A stretch of 64,000 nt of DNA, taken from assembly GCA_963674705.1 (NCBI GenBank), contig OY771506.1, positions 1,376,001-1,440,000 on the forward strand, given 5' to 3'. The DNA comes from Phycisphaeraceae bacterium. Lineage in GTDB: Bacteria > Planctomycetota > Phycisphaerae > Phycisphaerales > Phycisphaeraceae. The position numbers and the translations under genes are program-made. Within the stretch, counting starts at the first letter, position 1; every line of letters begins with the position of its first letter. Below the pieces are notes generated by a model. That model was not told the DNA's origin and searched no databases. It saw nothing but the letters and a program-made list of their open reading frames with translations. Shown piece after piece: positions 56,816 through 64,000 of the stretch.

Positions 56816-58261
56816 TTATTCCGGGATGACCAGCAGTTGTGAGGCGATGCCGGGGTGCACCAGGTCGGCGTACTGGCGGACGAGTTGGTTGATGGCGGGG
56901 CTGTTGTCGAAGCGGGTCAGGTCGCCTAGCAGTTCGAGTGATTTTTCGTAACCGAGTCTGTTGAACAACTCTTCGGCCGGGGCGCTGCTGTGGGTCATAT
57001 CGCTGAGCACGCAGAGCATGATGGCTTCAGTGGTTTTGAGCAGGCGGAAGCCGCGGTCGTGCTTGTACATCGTTTCGTAGCACTGTTGCGCGGTGGCGAA
57101 CCACTTCTGGCCGGTGAGATCACCGGTATACAGGCGTTGAAGGATGTGCGTCGCGGCGTTGTTGAGGCAGTAGCTGCGGACGCGGTTGGGGCTGGGTGTG
57201 CGGCGGTCTTGCGGTTGCAGGCGGACCCAGGCCATATCCGTTTGTGTGGCGCGGTCGTGGACTAACTGCCCCGCTGCTTCTGCGAGCTTAAGCATCTGAG
57301 CGACGAAGAACTCGGATTCGAGCATGGGCCGGCCGACCATCAGCAGGTTGAGTCGTGCCATCAGGCCTGCCAGGGAATCCGGGCCAACCAGGTCGGCGAC
57401 GACGTTGGCGCCGGCGACGACCAGTTGCATATCCGCTTCGCTTGAATCATCGTGGTCGCGCAGGGCTGCAAGCAGACGGTCGAGGTCTTCACGCAGGCCG
57501 GTGCCTTCGTGAGACTGATTGATTGCTCTGCGGATGTAGGCGAGGAAGCGTTCGCGGGTCGCGTCGAGGTCGACGTACTGCGGGATGCCTTCGCCGTAGC
57601 CGCATTCGATGAGCCGACCGGCGGAGGCACGCAGCGCCGCCAGCACATCATGTGCTACCGCACGACGCAGCACGTGACCGCCGGCGTCGCTGGAAGCCAG
57701 CAGTTCATCATGTTGCGTTTGCAGTTTGCAATAGAGCGCATCAAAGCGTTCGGCGAGCGTGTTGTTGCGTGGCGGGGTTGACTTGCTGTGACTTTGTGAA
57801 GCCGCGTCGCGCAGGTGCCGGACTGCGGTCTGGATGCGCTTTGGGCTGAAGTCGGTGCCTATCGCTCGGTTCACTTCTTCAGTCAGTGCGCTGTAGTTGA
57901 TCGCTGTGGTATCTGAGCCGGGGCGCAGGCAGCGGTCGAGCACACGGTCGAGGTTTTCGGGCGCGTCGGCGTCGTTGGATTGAGCGTGCTGTGTGATGGA
58001 AGCGAGCCAGGTAAGCAGCGCGCGGGCCGCATCCTGCACGTTGCTGCGTAGCGCGGTGACTTCGTTGTCGACCGTGGTGACGCGATGGTGCGGCGCGGCT
58101 CGGCGTGCTTGCTGCTGTTTGTAGACACGCAGCGCTTCGGGGCCCGACACGGTGGCTTCGAGCTGTGCGAAGTCTACGTAGAGCATCCGCGGGGCGTGAC
58201 TTTCTTCGTCACTGCCTTGCGGCTCTAAGTAGATCGGGTTGGCTCGTTGCGTGACGGGCAT
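56816..58261 (-). CDS. Hypothetical helical cytoplasmic protein with possible HTH
   Basis: Long ORF with normal codon usage; NYSALTEEVNRAIGTDFSPKRIQTAVRHLR segment; no signal peptide. Confidence 0.6.
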   Translation of the reverse strand: MPVTQRANPIYLEPQGSDEESHAPRMLYVDFAQLEATVSGPEALRVYKQQQARRAAPHHRVTTVDNEVTALRSNVQDAARALLTWLASITQHAQSNDADAPENLDRVLDRCLRPGSDTTAINYSALTEEVNRAIGTDFSPKRIQTAVRHLRDAASQSHSKSTPPRNNTLAERFDALYCKLQTQHDELLASSDAGGHVLRRAVAHDVLAALRASAGRLIECGYGEGIPQYVDLDATRERFLAYIRRAINQSHEGTGLREDLDRLLAALRDHDDSSEADMQLVVAGANVVADLVGPDSLAGLMARLNLLMVGRPMLESEFFVAQMLKLAEAAGQLVHDRATQTDMAWVRLQPQDRRTPSPNRVRSYCLNNAATHILQRLYTGDLTGQKWFATAQQCYETMYKHDRGFRLLKTTEAIMLCVLSDMTHSSAPAEELFNRLGYEKSLELLGDLTRFDNSPAINQLVRQYADLVHPGIASQLLVIPE

Positions 58262-58284
58262 AGCGCTCAACGTGTGGTTAATGG

Positions 58285-58443
58285 TTAGCTGATGACTTGG
58301 ACGGCGTTGTTGGGTGTGCCGTTGCCGCCCTTGCCTTTGATCTTGTGGCAGCCGGACTCAGCGTTGGATGGGCTGGCCAGCCACAGTGAGACGGTGACGG
58401 CCGCCAGCACTGCCAGGATCCTGATGAATCGTTTGTTTCGCAT
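58285..58443 (-). CDS. 52-aa secreted peptide precursor (absent from the ORF track)
   Basis: MRNKRFIRILAVLAAVTVSLWLASPSNA|ESGCHKIKGKGGNGTPNNAVQVIS; AAAGGAG RBS. Confidence 0.7.
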   Translation of the reverse strand: MRNKRFIRILAVLAAVTVSLWLASPSNAESGCHKIKGKGGNGTPNNAVQVIS

Positions 58444-58820
58444 TGCGAGACTCCTTTGTGAGAATTCGTACCCTCACTAGTACAACGTACGAACCCGACG
58501 GTTTTGACGCATGTGACCTGGAAAGGTTCCCCGTGGGTTCATTTGTAATTCATTTTAATTCAATCGCTTAGAACAGGGAAGATTTTTTTTGCGATTCTGC
58601 GCACCACTTATGCGAGGCGGGGGCAGGGATAAAAGTTTTAGAAAATTTTTAAAACGTGTTTTATCAATGAATTGCATGTTTAGGCGGATCTCCTTTCGGT
58701 GCTAAATCCGCGTGTGCTGGGCTTGAAAGTGGAAAGGCGACATGAAACGGGACGCCTGGACGAGACCGGGCCGCAACGACACGGCCCACGTCATGGCCCT
58801 AAACCGGAAGGAGGCTCATC

Positions 58821-60086
58821 ATGACACGGTCCAACACGATCAAGACTGCGGCGTGGATCACGGCGGTGCTGGCGGTGGGTGCGCTGGTGTTGCCCGCCGA
58901 GGCCGCTTCTCGGCAGCCTGTGAAGAAGCAGCAAGCCCAGGTCAGCGCCCAGGTCGACCAGCAGTCGTTCGGACGTAATCCCAAGGCCCGTTCAGAGAAG
59001 CAGCGGGATAATCAGCGGGCTGGGAACAACCGCAACCCGCAGCGCGATAACAGCAAAGCCCGGGCCGAGCAGCAGCGCAAGCAGCAAGAGGCGAAGCAAC
59101 GACAGGAATCTGAACGCAAGGCACAGGCTCAACGTGAGGCGCAACAGCGTCAGCGTGCGGAGCGAGAGGCGCAACAGCGCCGCAAGGAACAGCGCGAAGC
59201 GCAGCAGCGTAAGGCGGCACAGCGAGATGCGCAGCAGCGCAAAGCCGCAGAACGTGAAGCAGAGCAACGCAAGGCGGCACAGCGTGAAGCACAGCAGCGT
59301 CAGCGTGCGGAGCGAGAAGCGCAGCAACGCAAGACCGAGCAGCGTCAAGCGCAGCAACAGCGTGAGACTCGTCAGAGAGCAGCGCAGGATGCGGCGGCGC
59401 AAAAAGCGGCTCAGCAGCGTGCGGCGGAAAAGCGTACGGCACAAAAGGCTGCCGCGACGCAGACCGTGACGGAGCGCGGCGCGAACTGGGGCGTGAACGC
59501 GCAGCAGAAGAAGCTGGCCGAACGTCAGGCCGTCGTCCGCAAGCAGGAGCAGCGTTTAGAGCAGCAGCGCATCGAACAGCGCCAGGACTTGCGTGAAGCC
59601 AAGCAGCGCTTCGCGAACAACGTGCAGGCGACCAAGCAGGTGCTGCGGCAGCGCGATGCACGGCTGGATGATAAGGCACGGGCGCTGCGTGTGGCAGCGA
59701 ACCACAACCGCGCCAAGTACCGAGCACCTTACGTGCACTACCGGGCGCCCAGGCCGAAGGTGTACTACACGCCCCGACCGCACTACGGCTACCGTCCCAG
59801 CCCCTGTGTCTACGATCGCGATTACGACTACTGCGACATCGGCGACTTCTTCAGCGTGCGTGTGATCTTCGGCACGGATTGCGGCTACCACTACGAGCAC
59901 GGCCACCGCAGGCACGACTGCTGCACGGGTGGGTACTACATCTGGAAGTGGTGCGAGCCGGTGCTGGAAACGCGATACGACTACTACGGCGAGCCTTACA
60001 CGGTGGTGATCGCCGACGGCTACTGGAAACGTGTGTGGACGCCCCACTACTGCCGGTATGGGATCCACTTCTACTACGCGGACTGA
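58821..60086 (+). CDS. Secreted protein with Q/R/E/A coiled-coil repeats and Tyr/Cys/His-rich C-terminus
   Basis: AAGGAGG RBS, signal peptide AEA|A, 10-aa repeats of the QREAQQRKAA type. Confidence 0.75.
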   Translation: MTRSNTIKTAAWITAVLAVGALVLPAEAASRQPVKKQQAQVSAQVDQQSFGRNPKARSEKQRDNQRAGNNRNPQRDNSKARAEQQRKQQEAKQRQESERKAQAQREAQQRQRAEREAQQRRKEQREAQQRKAAQRDAQQRKAAEREAEQRKAAQREAQQRQRAEREAQQRKTEQRQAQQQRETRQRAAQDAAAQKAAQQRAAEKRTAQKAAATQTVTERGANWGVNAQQKKLAERQAVVRKQEQRLEQQRIEQRQDLREAKQRFANNVQATKQVLRQRDARLDDKARALRVAANHNRAKYRAPYVHYRAPRPKVYYTPRPHYGYRPSPCVYDRDYDYCDIGDFFSVRVIFGTDCGYHYEHGHRRHDCCTGGYYIWKWCEPVLETRYDYYGEPYTVVIADGYWKRVWTPHYCRYGIHFYYAD

Positions 60087-60351
60087 TATGAAGCCTGACC
60101 GGGGTGCATGGCAAGGCCCGTACCTTCTCGCGATGGTACGAGCCTTTTTGGGTTGCACGGTGTTTTGGAACAAGAACAGTTAGCCACGGATGGACACAGA
60201 TGAACACGGATTAAGCGGGGAGGGGTTTTGTGTGGTTTGGATGGGGGGGAGTGTTCGGGATGAGTGAAGGTGATGGGGAAAGGCAGGAGGCGTAGAAAAC
60301 GCAGAAAATAAAATCTCGATGCCCGATGTCTTAAGATACCCGTGAAGAGAC

Positions 60352-60391
60352 CCGCGGAAAGCTGCTGCGCAGCTATCGCGCGGCTTTTTTT
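60352..60391 (+). terminator. Probable intrinsic terminator
   Basis: CCGCG...CGCGG stem followed by a T-run. Confidence 0.5.
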
Positions 60392-60399
60392 TGGGGGGT

Positions 60400-60488
60400 A
60401 AGCCATTAGCACAAATCCTAAATCATCAATCCTAAATCCTAAATACGATTCCCCACACCCTACACCCTACACCCTACACCCTACACCC
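60400..60488 (+). repeat. Partial composite element: TAAATCA/CCTAAAT module + (CTACACC)x4
   Basis: Matches the 3' halves of the copies at 32.4, 33.6 and 43.7 kb. Confidence 0.8.
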
Positions 60489-60574
60489 TTCTCCATTCGT
60501 GCATTCGTCAATCGTACATTACCATCTGCCAGCCTTGATGGATCTGTTTGTAGATACTTGGAAGCAGGTGGTTT

Positions 60575-61783
60575 GTGCGACGGATGACATTTGGGCGGTA
60601 TGACTATGCCGCGTTTGTGAGTTTTTTTGCTTACGCTTCGGGGTCGGTGGTGTTGCCGATCGCGTTGGTGGCGTTGGCGATGGACCTGGGGTTTGATCTT
60701 GAGGAAGGCGGGATGTCGGCGGGCGGGGCGTTGCCGATGGCGAGTACTGTGCCGATGGTGGCGGCGATGTTGCTGGCGGGCTTTTTTGCGGGGCGCTGGG
60801 GCAAGCGGCGGACGATGGGGCTGGCAGTTGTGTTGATGGGCGTGGGCTTGCTCGTTTGTGCATCGGCGCCGGTGTATGCGGTGTTGTTCACAGCGATCAT
60901 GGTGTTGGGGCTCGGGCAAGGCGTGCTTGAAGCGCTGGCGACGCCGTTTGTGCAGGCGATGCATCCGAAAGAGTCAGGCAGGTACATCAACTTCGCGCAT
61001 GCGTTCTGGCCCGTCGGGGTGTTGACGACGGTGCTGGTGGCCGGCGGATTGATCGCGGTGGGTGTGTCGTGGCGTTTGCTTATTGTCGGCGCAGCATGTC
61101 TGACGTTTTTCGCTTCGGCGTTGATCTTTCAACCTGCGCCGAAAGACAAGGCGTATCCCGAGCATCTTGAACTGGTGCACTGGATGGAGGTATGGGGGCA
61201 TATCAAGTCGATCGTGAAAACGAAACGGTTCTGGTTGTTATATGCGGCGATGTTTTTGGCGGGCGGCGGCGAGTTTTGTCTGACGTTCTGGACAGCCAGC
61301 TACATCCAGCTCAACTTCTCGGCGACGGCGTGGGCCGGCGGCGCGGGGGTCGCCTGTTTTGCGGCGGGGATGTTCCTCGGGCGGACGGGCTGGGGGTACC
61401 TGATCAGGCAACACCACTTGAACCGATTGATTTTCGTGTCAGCGATTGTGGGCGCGCTGGTCACGTGTGTGTTGCCCTGGCTGACGGTGTTGTGGATGTT
61501 GTTTGTGTTGTTGTTTTTGTCCGGATTGGCGACGGCGCCGTTCTGGCCGAGCATCCAGAGTTACAGCACGGACCGCTTGCCGGATCGTGACAGCACAATG
61601 ATGTTTATTCTGCTTTCGTGTGCGGGTGTGCCGGGCTGCGGCGTGTTTACGTGGCTGATGGGTTTGGTGGGTGATTACGCGGGCGGATTGCGAGCGGCGT
61701 TTTACCTGGTGCCGGGGTGTTTCGTGGGTTTGGCGTTATTGATGCTGGTGGACATGGTGTTGCCGGTACGAGCGGCGGAGTAA
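60575..61783 (+). CDS. MFS transporter
   Basis: About 12 TM helices, GFFAGRWGKRR motif A. Confidence 0.85.
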   Translation: MRRMTFGRYDYAAFVSFFAYASGSVVLPIALVALAMDLGFDLEEGGMSAGGALPMASTVPMVAAMLLAGFFAGRWGKRRTMGLAVVLMGVGLLVCASAPVYAVLFTAIMVLGLGQGVLEALATPFVQAMHPKESGRYINFAHAFWPVGVLTTVLVAGGLIAVGVSWRLLIVGAACLTFFASALIFQPAPKDKAYPEHLELVHWMEVWGHIKSIVKTKRFWLLYAAMFLAGGGEFCLTFWTASYIQLNFSATAWAGGAGVACFAAGMFLGRTGWGYLIRQHHLNRLIFVSAIVGALVTCVLPWLTVLWMLFVLLFLSGLATAPFWPSIQSYSTDRLPDRDSTMMFILLSCAGVPGCGVFTWLMGLVGDYAGGLRAAFYLVPGCFVGLALLMLVDMVLPVRAAE

Positions 61784-61941
61784 TTGGTTGCGCGCACAGG
61801 AACAGAAGTATAAGACGTAAGGTTGTCGGCCCTCACCCCGGCCCTCTCCCGGGGGGAGAAGATGAAAGCATCATCGTGCAGTACGAAACAACGCGGCGAT
61901 CTGCGATCGCCCGTTAAACAATCCTTTTGATATCGATGTGT

Positions 61942-62466
61942 TTAGTGGTTGTTGATGCAGTGTTCGAAGAGGGCGATCCACTCGAGGCGTTGCATGGCGA
62001 CGAGTTCGGGGGAGTCGCTGTGCTGGGCGGAGGCTTGTTCGACGCGGTCGACGAAGTGGTGTGGTTCGTAGCTTCCGATCGCGGTGCCTGCGCCCGCGCC
62101 GCCACCGCCGGCGTCGACCTTTGCGATGACGGGGTGCTGGCCGATTTTGCGGTACCAGTAGTGGCTGTTGGAGAAGTCGCCTTCGCGTCTGTGCATGATG
62201 GCGTGCCAGAAGGAGCCGGACGGGCGGTGTAGTTTCTGGCTGACTTGGTGTGATTTTTCCAGATCGTCGACGTACAGCCAGAGCGCGGCTTCGAGGCTGG
62301 GTTTGTTCTTCAGCGCCGGGTCTTTGAGTGCTTGTTCTACGAGATGAGCGTGCTTGCTCGGGCCGTGGCCGTTAACGACGAGGTGGTCCATGGCCTGGTC
62401 GACGGGTAAGGCCTTAAAGAGCGGGCGCAGTGCGTGTTCGATCGGCTCGGGCATATGCGGTGTCAT
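61942..62466 (-). CDS. Hypothetical protein
   Basis: SHQVSQ...WHAIMHRREGDFSNSHYW motif that I recognise as conserved; function unknown. Confidence 0.7.
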   Translation of the reverse strand: MTPHMPEPIEHALRPLFKALPVDQAMDHLVVNGHGPSKHAHLVEQALKDPALKNKPSLEAALWLYVDDLEKSHQVSQKLHRPSGSFWHAIMHRREGDFSNSHYWYRKIGQHPVIAKVDAGGGGAGAGTAIGSYEPHHFVDRVEQASAQHSDSPELVAMQRLEWIALFEHCINNH

Positions 62467-62600
62467 GGAATCTCCACTCGATGTCGGTTCGAGGCTGCAA
62501 AATTCTGGCGCGTAGCACAGTCTCGCGGTCAGGCTGGTGAAAACGGGATCGGTGCCGGTGGGACGTAAAACATTCTTTAACGCGCCGGGTGGTGTCATTG

Positions 62601-63764
62601 TTACGCCCTACGCTTAATCCTAGGCAGCCCGAACATGAAAGTTAAGCCCGTAAGCATGAGTAAAAGCATGCCCGGTTCCGGAACGGTGTTCGCATCGTAT
62701 TGTCCGTTTGTTACGACTTCGACCGCATCAAGTTGACTGATGAGTTTCAAACCCGAGTGAGTGGACAGGTCGTTATCGATGAGCGTGATCGGCTCGCCGA
62801 ACGCGTCGCCGGTGTATCGGCCCTTGGTGGCGATGGCGACGGCGACGGCTGCATTTGCGTCGATCAGGCCGAAGCCGGAATCCCAATCTTTACCATCGGC
62901 GCCGATGTCGACGGCGGTGCTGAAGAGGATGTTGCGGACCTGCCACGGTGCGAGTTCGGGGTTGGCGGTGAGCATGAGTGCGGCGACGCTGGCGGCGATG
63001 GGTGAGGAGAAGCTTGTGCCGTACCAGCTATAGGTTCGGTCTTTGGTTGTAAGGCTGAGGATGTTGCTGCCCGGCGCGACAAGGTCGACGAACTTACCAC
63101 GGCTGGAGAAGTAGGTGACGTCGCCACCCTGATCGGTGGCGCCGACAGCGATGAGGAACTTCTGGTTTCGCCAGTTTTTGTGCACCAGGCCATCGTTGCC
63201 CGCGGCCATGAAGACGATAGCGCCTTTGCTTTGAGCATACTTGGCGGCACGGTTCAGCGCGCCCAGTTGTACGCCGGAGTAGCTGACGTTGATGACACGA
63301 GCGCCGGCGTCGGCGGCGTAGCGGATGCCCGCGGCGAGGTGGGTGGTGTAGGCGGCGCCGTCCGAGCGATTGCTGACACGGATGGGGATGGCTTCGGCGG
63401 ACCAGGCGGCCTGGGTGATGCCTTCACCGTTACCGCTGGTTGCGGCGAGGATGCCGATAGTGCCCGTGCCGTGGGGGTTAACCGCCGAGATGTTCTTGGA
63501 GCCATCGACGACGTTGATGCCGCTGGCGACCGCGAGGTTGGCTTGCAGGTCGACATGATTGGTGTCGAAGCCGGAGTCGACGACGGCGACGGTGACCTGG
63601 CCTCGGGTCGGCAGTTCGATTAGCTGAGCCCAGGCGTCGCCGAAGTTCAGCGCGTCGAGGTACCACTGACTGGATTGCCCGGGATCATTGAAGCTGACGG
63701 TGACGGCAGCCGATGTGTTGCAAGCGATGAGTAACGCCAGAACCGCGAGGAGGCGTTTAAGCAT
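62601..63764 (-). CDS. S8 subtilisin-like serine peptidase with PEP-CTERM sorting signal
   Basis: VAVVDSG, HGT, AAGN, GTSFSSP; VPEP + TM + basic tail. Confidence 0.9.
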   Translation of the reverse strand: MLKRLLAVLALLIACNTSAAVTVSFNDPGQSSQWYLDALNFGDAWAQLIELPTRGQVTVAVVDSGFDTNHVDLQANLAVASGINVVDGSKNISAVNPHGTGTIGILAATSGNGEGITQAAWSAEAIPIRVSNRSDGAAYTTHLAAGIRYAADAGARVINVSYSGVQLGALNRAAKYAQSKGAIVFMAAGNDGLVHKNWRNQKFLIAVGATDQGGDVTYFSSRGKFVDLVAPGSNILSLTTKDRTYSWYGTSFSSPIAASVAALMLTANPELAPWQVRNILFSTAVDIGADGKDWDSGFGLIDANAAVAVAIATKGRYTGDAFGEPITLIDNDLSTHSGLKLISQLDAVEVVTNGQYDANTVPEPGMLLLMLTGLTFMFGLPRIKRRA

Positions 63765-64000
63765 AGAAGAGCCCTTTCACAAAGTGGCCGGATGGGGTTT
63801 GCCTCGTTTTTGTGCGTGTTCGCACCGGTAATGCATCGGCCAAGCGAAGCGGCTCGATCAATAGGAATCGGCGAGTATTGGCCTAACGTCCGGTAGTGTT
63901 TTGCCGACCGCCTATAAGTGGTGTGCTAGCGATACAGGCGGGGCCGGATTGCATACGGCGGGGTATCCGTTACGATCCGTAATCCTGAATTGAGTCACCC

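Noticed and set aside
24022..60488. Repeats as a CRISPR array
   Set aside because: No regularly spaced repeats with unique spacers and no cas genes; the arrays are contiguous microsatellites or dispersed copies

Overview
GC-rich bacterial chromosome segment. Gene content (PEP-CTERM protein, DUF1800/DUF1501 pair, FHA-GAF kinase, tandem type IV pilins, dnaA without adjacent dnaN) suggests a planctomycete (inference). 1-12 kb: type IV pilus/T2SS-like operon (3 prepilins, PilMNO, PilP/GspC-like, secretin, TPR lipoprotein) followed by receiver, GAF-HD-GYP, STAS and a PilB/GspE ATPase with an MshEN c-di-GMP motif (truncated by the window edge). The rest is mostly housekeeping and signalling: lepA, argH, dnaA, prmC, panC, murA, apt, yhaM-like, tRNA-Tyr, two NUDIX genes, kinases/regulators, an MCP and glycan-modifying genes. 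The most unusual signal is intergenic. A family of 7-, 8- and 9-mer tandem-repeat arms and REP-like hairpins is assembled in modular fashion. One octamer arm pair precisely brackets a four-helix-bundle (23S rRNA IVS/Avd-like) gene, and the same arm pair occurs empty elsewhere. Other highlights: an unannotated 52-aa secreted peptide gene in front of a putative HTH protein, an AT-rich recoded patch inside argH, two copies of a 29-bp AT-rich dif-like palindrome, and an apparent GC-skew reversal near 43.9 kb. No CRISPR array, transposase, integrase or reverse transcriptase was seen. All calls were made by eye, without database searches.
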